Shown piece after piece: positions 10,018 through 21,504 of a DNA stretch of 64,000 nucleotides. The notes under the pieces were generated by a model. The model made no database searches, was not told where the DNA came from, and worked only from the letters and a program-made list of their open reading frames with translations. Origin of the DNA: Nannocystales bacterium (lineage in GTDB: Bacteria > Myxococcota_A > Polyangia > Nannocystales > Nannocystaceae). The stretch is from assembly GCA_050633305.1 (NCBI GenBank), contig JBOEGF010000007.1, forward strand, positions 192,001-256,000. The letters run 5' to 3'. Both the position numbers and the translations under genes were made by a program. The stretch's first letter is position 1. The number at the start of each line of letters is the position of its first letter.

Positions 10018-11079
10018 TTGCCGCCCGAACGGTCTCTCCTGCGCAGCACGCTGCTCGCGCTGCTGGCTCCACGCCGTCTGCTGTCCATCTTGGTGGTGGC
10101 GGTTCCGCTGGTCCTGGCGCAAGACCACTACTCGGTCGAGCCCATGGCAGCGCCGCTGGGGGTGTTGATGTGTTTGGCGTTCTTCTTGTTCGCGCCGTTG
10201 TCGTGGCGGGCGCTGTTTCAAGGTGAAACGTCGAGGCGCCGGACGTTCACCGAGCCGTTCGGTCGATTGGTGGTCTACGGCGTCGCGGGGGCGGGCACCG
10301 TGGCGCTGGTCGGCTCGGTCGTTCCCGACCTCTTGGGGTTGCAGCCTACGCTGATGACATCCGAGAGCAGCCTGCTGGTGTCGATCGCGCTGTTTCTCGT
10401 GGGCGGCTACGGGCTCGGCCGAGACATCGACCTCGAGCGCAGTTTGCACGCGGAGCGAAAGCGAGCCGATGACATGACGGTGGCGGCCGAGCGGGCTCAG
10501 CTGCTCGCGCTTCGCAACCATCTCGACCCGCACTTCCTCTTCAACACGCTCAACGCGATCGCCGAGTGGTGCCGTGAAGATGGCGAGGTCGCGGAGCGAG
10601 CCACGCTCCAGCTCTCGGAGATGCTGCGCACGATCATGGCAGGGACGCACACGCCCGCGTGGTCGTTGGAGCAGGAGGTCGCCCTGCTCGACACGCTGTT
10701 CGCGCTGTACCAGATCCGCGACCCCGAAAAGTTCGTGTTGCAGCGGGAAATGGACGAGCCCCTCCCGCGCGTTGAGGTGCCGCCGATGCTCCTGCTCCCG
10801 GTCGTGGAGAATGCGATCAAACACGGGCCGGCGGCGTCCCATCGTGGGGCGGTCCATCTTCGTGTGCACGCGCAGCCCGGTGGGCTGTCCATCGAGGTCC
10901 AAAACCCCGGCGCGTTCGAGGGGCGCCGCCCCGGTGGCGAGGGACTTCGGCTGGTCGAGAAACGCTTAGAGCACGCCTACGGGACGGAGGCGACGTTCTC
11001 GATCGAAGCTCGCGACGACACCACACTCGTACGTCTCACCCTCCCGTCCCAGCCCAACCCCGAACCGGATCCCACATGA
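10018..11079 (+). CDS. LytS/YehU-family sensor histidine kinase
   Basis: About 4 TM segments; LDPHFLFNTLN, PPMLLLPVVENAIKHG, GEGLRLV. Confidence 0.92.
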   Translation: MPPERSLLRSTLLALLAPRRLLSILVVAVPLVLAQDHYSVEPMAAPLGVLMCLAFFLFAPLSWRALFQGETSRRRTFTEPFGRLVVYGVAGAGTVALVGSVVPDLLGLQPTLMTSESSLLVSIALFLVGGYGLGRDIDLERSLHAERKRADDMTVAAERAQLLALRNHLDPHFLFNTLNAIAEWCREDGEVAERATLQLSEMLRTIMAGTHTPAWSLEQEVALLDTLFALYQIRDPEKFVLQREMDEPLPRVEVPPMLLLPVVENAIKHGPAASHRGAVHLRVHAQPGGLSIEVQNPGAFEGRRPGGEGLRLVEKRLEHAYGTEATFSIEARDDTTLVRLTLPSQPNPEPDPT

Positions 11080-11822
11080 GCACCGCACTTCGCATCGCCC
11101 TCGCTGACGACGAGTCCACCGCCCGGCGCCGCATGACTCGGCTTCTCGAGGCCATTCCCGGGGTCGAGGTCGTGGGTGCTCACGAGGATGCGCGCGGCAT
11201 CCTCGACCAGCTTCAGGATGAGGCGATCGACGTGTTGGTGCTCGATGTCCAGATGCCCGGGCTCTCTGGGATCGAGGCCCACGCGTTGCTTGGGGCCGAC
11301 GCGCCGTACGTCATCTTCGCGACCGCGCACCCGCAGCATGCGATCGAGGCGTTTGAACTCGGCGCGGTGGACTACGTGCTCAAGCCGATCGAGGCCTCGC
11401 GCCTCGGCAAAGCGATCGAACGCGCTCGGGGGCACGTCTTGGCGGGCAGCCGAGACTCCGAGCCCAGCCCAGCAGACCCCTACGCTCGGGTCCCGGTTGT
11501 GACCCGGGATGGCATCGTGCTCTTGGACCCGCCGTCGATCTCCCACGCGGTCTTCGATGGCGCGCTGGTCACCGTGCACACGACCCAGGGCGAGTCCCAT
11601 CTCACCGACGCGACGTTGGCCGACCTGCACGCGCGGCTCCCCGACGGCGGATTCGATCGAGTCCACCGCCGCGTGTTGCTCAACCTGCACGAGGTCAGCA
11701 TGTTGCGCCCAACGCCCAGCGGGGGATTCGTGGCGCTGACGCGGGCGGGCGCGGAGGTCCCGATCTCGCGGCAGTCGGCCCGGCGCATGCGGAAGGCCCT
11801 GGGCCTTACCAAGACGCAGTGA
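11076..11822 (+). CDS. LytTR-family response regulator
   Basis: Receiver (ADDE, LDVQMP, DYVLKP) plus RVHRRVLLN/PISR; ATGA overlap with kinase. Confidence 0.93.
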   Translation: MSTALRIALADDESTARRRMTRLLEAIPGVEVVGAHEDARGILDQLQDEAIDVLVLDVQMPGLSGIEAHALLGADAPYVIFATAHPQHAIEAFELGAVDYVLKPIEASRLGKAIERARGHVLAGSRDSEPSPADPYARVPVVTRDGIVLLDPPSISHAVFDGALVTVHTTQGESHLTDATLADLHARLPDGGFDRVHRRVLLNLHEVSMLRPTPSGGFVALTRAGAEVPISRQSARRMRKALGLTKTQ

Positions 11823-11851
11823 CGCTCAGCAACCCGCAGAGACTTCCGGCT

Positions 11852-12973
11852 CTACTGAACGTAGACTTCGCCGGAAGCGGCAGCGTGCCGCCGGTTTCTC
11901 GGAAGCGTCAGGGCTTGCGGCACTCGAATCGCACGTGGGGCATCCTCCGGAAGCGAGGCCAGTGGCGGGGGCGGTGGAGTCCCAGGAAGCACAGTCAGGG
12001 TGGCTCCGCCCAGGTCGAGTGAGGCGGCGGTGGGCGCTCCGAAACCGAGGTCGATCAGCTCGTACTGCCACACGGGGTCCTTGGGCATCCAAGATTGAGC
12101 ACTGCTCAGCACGGCTTCGATCACCTCGGCGGCATCGCGTTGACCTGCAGAGGCCCGCACCCAGACGAACCGCTCCAGCGCGGCCAGTGCTTGGACGCGG
12201 TCTCCGAGGCCGGCGTGGATCCGCGCCAGTCGGAGCAGGGTGTCTGGGTTGCTCGGCTCGCGCCGCTGAAGCGCGAGCAGCAACGGCAGCGCGCGTTCGG
12301 ATTCTCCCTTGGCGATCAGACCGTAGGCGAGGGTGTGCAGCGCGAAGAGGTTCCGCGGGAATCGGTCGAGCAGGAGTCGCGCCATGGCGAGCAGCTCGAT
12401 GGTCCGGCCCCGGCGTTTCAAGGATTCCGCGGTGGCTTGCAGGCGAGCTTGAACCGCCGCTCGGTCTCCATGGCGCAGCTCGGCGTCGAGGAGCTGGCGC
12501 AACGTGCTGGTGTCCTCGGGCCGGACGTCGGCGGCCAGACGCAACAGTGCGAGTCCGGAGCGTTGGCGGCCGTGAATGCGATGAAGATGGGCCAGTGCGC
12601 ACAGGCGGCGTTGTGCATGCTCATCTCCCAGGGCGCACGCCCAGGTGTGGCAGCGGGCGGCCGTCACCTGCAGGGGGTCGAGCTTGCACGCTCGGTCGAA
12701 CAGGGCGAGGGCACGTCGTCGTTGGCCCAACCGGGCATAGACCTCCGCGGCATGAAGGTAGGTCCGTGCCGCCAGCACGGTCTGGCCCGAGCGCAGGTAG
12801 TGCAGCGCGAGCCGCAGGGTGGCTTGCAGGTCGTCCGGAGCGGCGTCGATCACCGCTTGAAGTGCTCGAGCCGCAGCCGCGTGGTCGCCCACCCGCGCAT
12901 GCTCCCGAGCGCGAAGGCGCAGACGCCCCGCGGAAAACACCAACCCTTGCCCGATCGTTTGCCCCGCCATCAT
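11852..12973 (-). CDS. Tetratricopeptide repeat protein
   Basis: Ala/Leu/Arg-rich helical repeats ending in DP/PDD/PRN turns; start MMAGQT assumed. Confidence 0.65.
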   Translation of the reverse strand: MMAGQTIGQGLVFSAGRLRLRAREHARVGDHAAAARALQAVIDAAPDDLQATLRLALHYLRSGQTVLAARTYLHAAEVYARLGQRRRALALFDRACKLDPLQVTAARCHTWACALGDEHAQRRLCALAHLHRIHGRQRSGLALLRLAADVRPEDTSTLRQLLDAELRHGDRAAVQARLQATAESLKRRGRTIELLAMARLLLDRFPRNLFALHTLAYGLIAKGESERALPLLLALQRREPSNPDTLLRLARIHAGLGDRVQALAALERFVWVRASAGQRDAAEVIEAVLSSAQSWMPKDPVWQYELIDLGFGAPTAASLDLGGATLTVLPGTPPPPPLASLPEDAPRAIRVPQALTLPRNRRHAAASGEVYVQ

Positions 12974-13058
12974 TCCCACCCGACAAGTGGGACACCGGTC
13001 CACGTCATCCTTCCCGACCCGACATCGAAAAAAAAAGTGGCCGCGGGAACAGCGCTGG

Positions 13059-13649
13059 CTAGAAGCCGGAGCCGGGCCGCTGCAGGAACTCCACCTCCTC
13101 GGGGCTGGATTCTCGCCCGAGGATCGCGTTGCGGTGCGGGTATCGGTCGAAGCGGTCCACGATCTCCTTGTGGCGATGCGCATAGTCCACGTTGTTCCGC
13201 AGACCCGGTTGCTCGGGCGCGCGTTCTGCGAGGGCCGTGAACTGCTCGACCGACTGCGCCTGGCGGCCGCGGTCCTCCGCGTGCATGAGCGGCATGAGGA
13301 TGAAGCACTGGCCATCGGGGCTCAGCTCGGTGAGCGACCCTTGCTCCAGGACGTGGTCGGTGGTCGCAAGGGCGAGCGTGTCAGAGCCAAACGCGGCTGG
13401 CGTGTCGCGGAACATGTTCCGAGAGAACTGGTCCAGCACCAGAATCCGCGCGAGGCATCCCAGCCCAGTCTCCAGCCATTCGGCGTGTTGCCCGGCCATG
13501 AGCGCCGCATGGAGATCTCCGAAGTGCTCGCGAATCTCGCGATCGAAGTCGTCGGACTTCTTGAACCAGCGCTGCCGAAAACCGGCCGCTGGAGCCTGCG
13601 CAGTGGCGTTGCCGAACCAGAACGTGATGACCGCGTCCACCGAAGACAT
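13059..13649 (-). CDS. DUF924 family protein
   Basis: FWFG, LDQFSRNMFR, MPLMHAED, RYPHRNAILGRESSPEE. Confidence 0.92.
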   Translation of the reverse strand: MSSVDAVITFWFGNATAQAPAAGFRQRWFKKSDDFDREIREHFGDLHAALMAGQHAEWLETGLGCLARILVLDQFSRNMFRDTPAAFGSDTLALATTDHVLEQGSLTELSPDGQCFILMPLMHAEDRGRQAQSVEQFTALAERAPEQPGLRNNVDYAHRHKEIVDRFDRYPHRNAILGRESSPEEVEFLQRPGSGF

Positions 13650-13770
13650 GGCCGGACTCTACAACGCACGAGCGGCCTGCGCGCAGCCAGCCGCGCAAGC
13701 TCACGGCACGATCGGCCGCGGATCCGGGTTCTAGGGGCCAGATGTTGTAGTTAGCGCGCGGACCCGTTCC

Positions 13771-15627
<1,857 letters not shown>

Positions 15628-15746
15628 GTCCCACGTCGATTGTCGGCCCGCTGGCCGCTGTCGTTTGATGCTCGTCGATTGGCGTCATCGGATGGTCGGG
15701 TCTGGGTTGCGGTGTTCCCGCGGAGGTTCAATCCTTCGGGTGCGCG

Positions 15747-18542
15747 ATGAAGAGCACCCGTCGAGGATTCCTGCGGGGCACCGTGGTGGGGGCGAGCGCG
15801 CTCACCACCGCGAGTTGCTCCGAGTCACTTCGTACTGAGAAGAGCGTGTCGCCGTCCGAGGCCCCAGTGGGGCAGGACCGGGTGCGCGTGAGCACCGAGG
15901 TCAACGGCAAGTCTACGAGCTTGGAGGTCGGGCCGGACGAATCGGCGTTGCACGCAGTGCGGGAGCAGCTCGACCTGACGGGCTGCAAACTGGGCTGCGG
16001 TCACGGTGCGTGTGGGGCCTGCACGATGCAGCTCGACGGAACACCCGTCGCGACATGTCTGCTGCCCGCCACGTCCCTTCACGGACGCAAGGTCACCACG
16101 GTCGAAGGCATCGCGACTGGAGGAACGTTGGCCGCGGTCCAGCGGGCCTTCATGGCCGAGGACGGATTGCAGTGTGGGTTCTGTACGCCCGGGTTCATCG
16201 TCGAGTCCGAGGCGTTCGTGCGGACCTGGCGGGCCGAGCATGGGGCGAAGGAGCCCGATCGCGACACCGTCGCCGAGGCGTTGTCCGGTCACCTGTGCCG
16301 CTGCGCCGCCTACGAGGGCATCTACCGGGCTGTGCGAGGGGCATGCGCGGGGCGGTTCGATCACGGACCGGTGCAGGCGGAGCGACACGACGCCGCGGAG
16401 AAGGTCACCGGGGAGGCGAAGTACACCGTCGATGTGAAGCTGCCCGGCATGCTCCACGCGCGGGCGCTGCACAGCCCCCACGGCAACGCCACGATCAAGA
16501 GCCTCGACTGGACCAACGCGCTTGCGATGCCCGGGGTCCGCGGCATTGTCGATTTGATGAAGGGACGCACCGCGATTCGTCACGCGGGCCAAGAGCTCGT
16601 GGCGATCGCGGCCGTCGATGAGGCCACGGCAGCCCGTGCGGTCGCGGCGGTCGAGATCGAGTTCGACGTCCGCACGCCCGTGCTGAGCATCCCAGAGGCT
16701 CGGGCCGACGGCGCACCGACGGTCTATCGCCGACGCAAGGCTCGCAAGTCCGCCCCCAACGCGAGTGAGGGCCCGCTGTTGCCCGAGGCCTGGGACGGCA
16801 ACGTCCGGGGACCGCTCAAGTTGATGAGCAAGTCGAAGGGGAAGGCGGTCCGTCTTGTGGACGACGCGCGGGACAAGGGCACTGCGGTGGAAGGGAGCTG
16901 GACGACGGCGGCGCAGTGCCACACCACGCTCGAGCCTCATGCCGCTGTCGTGCAATGGCCGACTGAAGACAGCCTCGTCGCGTACATCTCCACCCAGGCG
17001 GTCCGGGCGTGCGCGGAGGACTTGGCCGAGCGGTTCGGTCTGCGGCGCGACGCGGTGACCGTGTTGTCGAACTACATCGGAGGGGGCTTTGGTGGGAAGG
17101 GCAAGCTCGAGAGTGAAGCGGTCATTGCGGCCGAGCTGGCCCGGGTCTGCGGGGCTCCGGTCCGCTACGTGCTCGAGCGTCGCGAGGAGCTGATGATCGG
17201 TGGTTACCGCCCCGGCACCCAGCTCGAGTTGGCGGCCGCCGTGGACGACGACGGTGACCTTGCGGTCGTCGCTCAGTCGTACTCGAACTCTGGCGTCGCG
17301 GTGGGACACACGGTCACCCCGCTGTGGCGGATGCTGTATCCGGGCGCGCCGAAGCGTCTGGAGGACATCGACGTCGTGACCCACGCGCCGCCGGGCAAGC
17401 CCTTTCGCGGCCCCGGAGGTCCGCAGGCCTATTGGGCGCTGGAGCAGGCGGTTGACGAGCTCGCCCACACTCGCGGTGAAGACCCGCTCGCGATGCGCCA
17501 CCGATGGGATCCTAACCCCGCACGCCAGCCTCTCTATGCGTGGGCCGAGGGCATCGATGCGTGGCGCAATCGGGCAAAACCAGGCGCCGACAAGGGCCGG
17601 TTCCGACGCGGGGTCGGGCTCGCGTTCGGGACCTGGTTCGTGTTCTGCAGCCCCAAGACCCGGGTTCAGGTCGAGACCGGGCCGGACGGCATCGTGGTCT
17701 CGACTGCGTGTCAGGACATCGGTAACGGCACGCGAACGGTGTTGGCCAAGACCGTCGCCGAGCAGCTTGGCGTGTCGGCCTCGGACGTGACGGTCAAGGT
17801 TGGGAACTCCCGGTACGTGCCCGGCCCCACCTCCGCCGGGAGCCGTACCGTGTCCTCGCTCGTTCCCGCCTGCGTGGTCGCGTGTGATGCCCTCAAGGAG
17901 GAGCTGTTCGACGACGCCAAGGACCGCCTCTTCTTGCGGGGCGCTGTGGCGACGACACGCGGGGTGGAGCACGAGGGCGGCATCGTGCCGTGGTCCAAAC
18001 TCGCCGAGACCGCGCCGCCTGTGTCCGTGGTGGGACGTCGGCCCAAGGACAAGGGCGGCTATTTCCTGCCCCCCGTCGGCGGGGTTGCGTTCGAGAAGTA
18101 CAGCTCCGCATCGATCCAGATCGTCGAGATCGAGGTGGACACGCGCCTGGGCAAGACCCGTGTCGCTCAGACCTGGGGTGGCTTTGGCGTCGGGAAGCTG
18201 GTCTCACCTCAGCTCGCCCGCAGCCAAGCCGCCGGCGGGATTCTGCAGGCGATCAGTTACACGCTGTACGAGGAGCGAAGGCTGGCCCCCGGTCGCGGGT
18301 ACCTGCTTACCGCAGGGCTCGAGGACTACCGGGTGATGGGCCCCGGAGATGTCCCCGAGTTGCACATCCACTTTCATGAAGAGGGCTACGACAACATTCC
18401 CCAGCGCTCCGCTGGGCTGGGCGAGATCGTGACGCTCGCTCCGCCGGCTGCGATCGGCAACGCGATGTTCAACGCCGTGGGCTGGCGACCCAAGGACCTG
18501 CCGCTCCGTCCCGACCACGTTCTGAAAGGACTCCGAGGATGA
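15747..18542 (+). CDS. Tat-exported xanthine dehydrogenase-family molybdoenzyme, [2Fe-2S] domain fused to Mo-binding domain
   Basis: TRRGFL Tat motif; GCGHGACGAC, QCGFCTPG, LCRC; GGGFGGK, FRGPG, GLGE catalytic Glu. Confidence 0.9.
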   Translation: MKSTRRGFLRGTVVGASALTTASCSESLRTEKSVSPSEAPVGQDRVRVSTEVNGKSTSLEVGPDESALHAVREQLDLTGCKLGCGHGACGACTMQLDGTPVATCLLPATSLHGRKVTTVEGIATGGTLAAVQRAFMAEDGLQCGFCTPGFIVESEAFVRTWRAEHGAKEPDRDTVAEALSGHLCRCAAYEGIYRAVRGACAGRFDHGPVQAERHDAAEKVTGEAKYTVDVKLPGMLHARALHSPHGNATIKSLDWTNALAMPGVRGIVDLMKGRTAIRHAGQELVAIAAVDEATAARAVAAVEIEFDVRTPVLSIPEARADGAPTVYRRRKARKSAPNASEGPLLPEAWDGNVRGPLKLMSKSKGKAVRLVDDARDKGTAVEGSWTTAAQCHTTLEPHAAVVQWPTEDSLVAYISTQAVRACAEDLAERFGLRRDAVTVLSNYIGGGFGGKGKLESEAVIAAELARVCGAPVRYVLERREELMIGGYRPGTQLELAAAVDDDGDLAVVAQSYSNSGVAVGHTVTPLWRMLYPGAPKRLEDIDVVTHAPPGKPFRGPGGPQAYWALEQAVDELAHTRGEDPLAMRHRWDPNPARQPLYAWAEGIDAWRNRAKPGADKGRFRRGVGLAFGTWFVFCSPKTRVQVETGPDGIVVSTACQDIGNGTRTVLAKTVAEQLGVSASDVTVKVGNSRYVPGPTSAGSRTVSSLVPACVVACDALKEELFDDAKDRLFLRGAVATTRGVEHEGGIVPWSKLAETAPPVSVVGRRPKDKGGYFLPPVGGVAFEKYSSASIQIVEIEVDTRLGKTRVAQTWGGFGVGKLVSPQLARSQAAGGILQAISYTLYEERRLAPGRGYLLTAGLEDYRVMGPGDVPELHIHFHEEGYDNIPQRSAGLGEIVTLAPPAAIGNAMFNAVGWRPKDLPLRPDHVLKGLRG

Positions 18543-19543
18543 TCGTCTTTCCCAAGACCCTGCTGGAGGCGCAGGCTTCCGAAGGCACGATTCGAGCCGG
18601 TGGGACCGAGCTCCAAGAACGTCGACGGTTGCCCGGGATGGGGGGCGACCTCGTCGACCTTCGGGACACTGCAGGTTTGGACTCGTTGCGGTTTGCCGCG
18701 GACGGCACGCTTCGCATCGGGGCGGGGCGCCGCATCGCCGAGGTCGGGTCGAACGCCGAGATTCAGGCCGCCTACCCGGGATTCGCGGAAGCCGCCGGAG
18801 GTCTCGCGACGCCGCAGATTCGGGCGGTCGCGACGATGGCAGGCAACCTGTTGCAGAGGACCCGCTGTTGGTACTTCCGCGCTCCCCAGACCGGCGACCG
18901 ATGTTTCAAGCGCGGAGGCAACATGTGCTCGGCCCGCTCCGGGGACCACCTGTTTCACGCGTGTTTCGATCTGGGGTCGTGCGTTTCGGTGCATCCCTCG
19001 ACCCTCGGTATGGCGATGCTCGCCTACGACGGACTTGTCGAGGTCGCACCCGGCGGCATGCGTTCGGTCGCGGAGCTGCTGGGCGATGGCTCCGATGCAT
19101 CGGCCGACAACACGCTGCGGCCCGGTGAGGTGGTGACGGCGTTGGTCCTGCCTGCGCCACAAGCCGGCGAACATTCCGCGTACTTTCGGGCGATCAGTCG
19201 CGCGCGATCCGAGTGGCCGCTTGTCGAGGTCCTCGCGCGGCTCGTGGTCGACGGCGGCGTGATCAAGGAGGCCGCCATCGCGTTGGGTGGCGTCGCTCCC
19301 GTTCCTGTGCGGGCCTCCGTCGCCGAAGCCAAGCTGGTCGGCAAAGCTCCCGATGCGGCTGCATTTCAAACCGCGGCGGAGGCGGCCACGGTCGGTTCGG
19401 CTCCGCTCCCCATGACCGGCTACAAGCTCGAACTCATCGTGGGATCTGTTCTCGAGGCGCTCGAGCGTGCCGCCAAGCGCGACCCCGTGGTGCTCCCAGC
19501 GCCGATCCACAAGCTGCCCCGTTCCTCCGAGAAGACCCCATGA
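18539..19543 (+). CDS. FAD-binding subunit (PaoB/YagS-like) with [4Fe-4S] insert
   Basis: AGGT, ATPQIR..AT.AGNLLQRTRCWYFR..C.KRGG..C..C..HPS, GGVAPVP; ATGA overlap. Confidence 0.9.
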   Translation: MIVFPKTLLEAQASEGTIRAGGTELQERRRLPGMGGDLVDLRDTAGLDSLRFAADGTLRIGAGRRIAEVGSNAEIQAAYPGFAEAAGGLATPQIRAVATMAGNLLQRTRCWYFRAPQTGDRCFKRGGNMCSARSGDHLFHACFDLGSCVSVHPSTLGMAMLAYDGLVEVAPGGMRSVAELLGDGSDASADNTLRPGEVVTALVLPAPQAGEHSAYFRAISRARSEWPLVEVLARLVVDGGVIKEAAIALGGVAPVPVRASVAEAKLVGKAPDAAAFQTAAEAATVGSAPLPMTGYKLELIVGSVLEALERAAKRDPVVLPAPIHKLPRSSEKTP

Positions 19544-19773
19544 ATCCCCTGCGTTTCGACCTGTGCAAGAACCTGCGCTGGAAGTCGCACTCCCGCGACT
19601 CCGGCGACCCCGCCGCGATTTTGGAGTCTCTGCAACGGCAGCAAGTGCCGTTCGATTGCTTGCAAACGTGTCAGCCGTGGGGCCCCGACGACGACATCGT
19701 CTCTCCGGGCGCGTGCGGAAAGGAACGGACCTGTTTCGCTCAGAGCCGCCTCGTGGAGCCACCGATCGCGTAA
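19540..19773 (+). CDS. Small Cys-rich protein (77 aa) coupled to the molybdoenzyme operon
   Basis: ATGA overlap with the upstream stop; 5 Cys; C.NLRWK...CLQTCQPWGPDD...C....TCF. Confidence 0.65.
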   Translation: MNPLRFDLCKNLRWKSHSRDSGDPAAILESLQRQQVPFDCLQTCQPWGPDDDIVSPGACGKERTCFAQSRLVEPPIA

Positions 19774-19794
19774 GGGCTGCTACCGTGCTGCGCG

Positions 19795-20160
19795 ATGACG
19801 CGCCCGTCCAAGGCCGACACGCCCCACGAGGTCGCAGCGATCATGCGTTCGCTGCCTCAGCGCTTCCGCCCGGGTCAACTCGGCGACTGGAGCGGGACGT
19901 TTCATTGGGACATCCGAGGTGCCGACGAGGCGGAGTGGACCGTCCGGGTCTCCGACTCCGGGTGCGAGGTCTTGGCTGGTTTGCAAGGCGAAGCCGACTG
20001 CGTCGTTCGAGTTGGCTCGAAGACCTTTGTTGGCATCGAAACCGGTGAACGCAGCCCGATGATGGCGTTCGCCAAGGGCAAGATCAAAATCAGCAACGTT
20101 GGAAGCATGCGCCGCTACGAGAAGGCGTTCTTCAAGTTCCACGACGTGCCGAAGGACTGA
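19795..20160 (+). CDS. SCP2 sterol-carrier domain protein
   Basis: F.WDI.G...W.V...ADC.V...TF..I.TG..SPMMAFAKGKIKI. Confidence 0.85.
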   Translation: MTRPSKADTPHEVAAIMRSLPQRFRPGQLGDWSGTFHWDIRGADEAEWTVRVSDSGCEVLAGLQGEADCVVRVGSKTFVGIETGERSPMMAFAKGKIKISNVGSMRRYEKAFFKFHDVPKD

Positions 20161-20210
20161 GTTTCCTTCGATCCGAACGGCTTGGGGGCTCGTATCGAGG
20201 ACGAGTCCAC

Positions 20211-20852
20211 ATGTACTTCATGTCCACGCAGGGGTTTGACCCCACCTCTCGCCGTCCGGTACGGTGGTCCGTGTCTGGCGGCGGCGGCTCGGGGCCTCCC
20301 GATTTCTCCTCTTTCGACGACCGCGCGTTGGTCGCCGAGGCCGCTCGTGGCGAGGTCAACGCCTTTGCGGCGCTCTACGATCGCTTCGCGGGGATCATGC
20401 TGGCAACCGCAAAGCGGATGTTGGGCGACCGCGGCGGCGCAGAGGACCTCATGCACGACGTGTTCATGGAGGTCTGGCGCAACGTCGACAACTACGACCC
20501 GACGCGGGCCACCGTCCGTACCTGGATCCTGGTACGGCTTCGCTCGCGGGCGCTCGACCGACTTCGGTCCGCCACCGTACGGCGCGAAGTGACCACCGAC
20601 GACGTCACCCCGAACGAGGCCCCGGTGGCCGAAGACCCGTCGCTGGCTCCCGATCGCACCGCGGTCGTTGCGGCACTGCAGAACCTGCCAGACGACCAAC
20701 GCATGGTCATCGAGCTCAGCTACTTTCATGGGCTGTCCTCGTCTGAGATCGCCGAACGGATGGGCTCTCCGCTCGGGACCGTCAAATCAAGAACCGCAGC
20801 CGGGTTGGCGAAGATTCGCTCCGCCATGCAGATAGGAGCCACGGGCCAATGA
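20211..20852 (+). CDS. ECF RNA polymerase sigma factor
   Basis: AEDLMHDVF.EVW, YDP.R..V.TW, LSYFHGLSSSEIA..LGTVKSR. Confidence 0.92.
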   Translation: MYFMSTQGFDPTSRRPVRWSVSGGGGSGPPDFSSFDDRALVAEAARGEVNAFAALYDRFAGIMLATAKRMLGDRGGAEDLMHDVFMEVWRNVDNYDPTRATVRTWILVRLRSRALDRLRSATVRREVTTDDVTPNEAPVAEDPSLAPDRTAVVAALQNLPDDQRMVIELSYFHGLSSSEIAERMGSPLGTVKSRTAAGLAKIRSAMQIGATGQ

Positions 20853-21412
20853 GCGATGAAGACACTTTCGACCCCGCGGTGCTTGGCGCACTGGTGCACG
20901 GGCTCGAGCCGGCCACCCCGGGCGCATCGTTGCGCGAGCGTTTGATGGCCGCCGTTTCCACGAAAGGCCGGTTCATGCCGTTCCTCGACCGGATGATGCG
21001 GATCTTCGATCTGCCTGAGGCCCGAGCGCAGGCCGAGCTGTCGACCTTCGATGCGCCCGACGATTGGGAGGCGATGACTCAGGGAGTCCAGGTCCGCGAC
21101 TTCGAAGCGGGTGCCGCCTGCGGCGAGGCGCACGGCGGGCTTGTTCGGGTGGAGCCCGGGCACGCGTTCCCTCGGCATGCACACGTCGGCGAGGAGACCG
21201 TCTTGGTCCTCCAGGGCGAACTCGAGGATGATGCCGGCACCCGGTACCGGGCGGGAGATACGATTGTCAGCGGTGACGGCACGAGCCACGAGCTGCGGGT
21301 CGTCGGCGAGACGCCGCTGCTGTACGCGGCGCTGGTGGTCGGAATCAACATCGAAGCCTCGGGCGACGACGATGACGATGACGACTGGGACGACGACACG
21401 GACTTGGACTAG
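20849..21412 (+). CDS. ChrR-like cupin anti-sigma factor
   Basis: ATGA overlap with sigma; P...LRERLM; cupin FPRHAH.GEE.VLVLQG...SH. Confidence 0.8.
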   Translation: MSDEDTFDPAVLGALVHGLEPATPGASLRERLMAAVSTKGRFMPFLDRMMRIFDLPEARAQAELSTFDAPDDWEAMTQGVQVRDFEAGAACGEAHGGLVRVEPGHAFPRHAHVGEETVLVLQGELEDDAGTRYRAGDTIVSGDGTSHELRVVGETPLLYAALVVGINIEASGDDDDDDDWDDDTDLD

Positions 21413-21504
21413 TCGAGCGTCTCACGCCGTCGCGTCGGGCGGACGCGGTGGCTCCGGTTCATCGAGCGCCCGCGATCGTCCTGGTTGGCGACCCTTCCCT
21501 CGAT

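Noticed and set aside
9853..10902. N-terminal 350 aa of the 1378-aa kinase ORF (similar extensions on the argJ, argR, cytochrome and USP ORFs)
   Set aside because: Antisense or off-frame read-through over neighbouring genes; starts were reassigned
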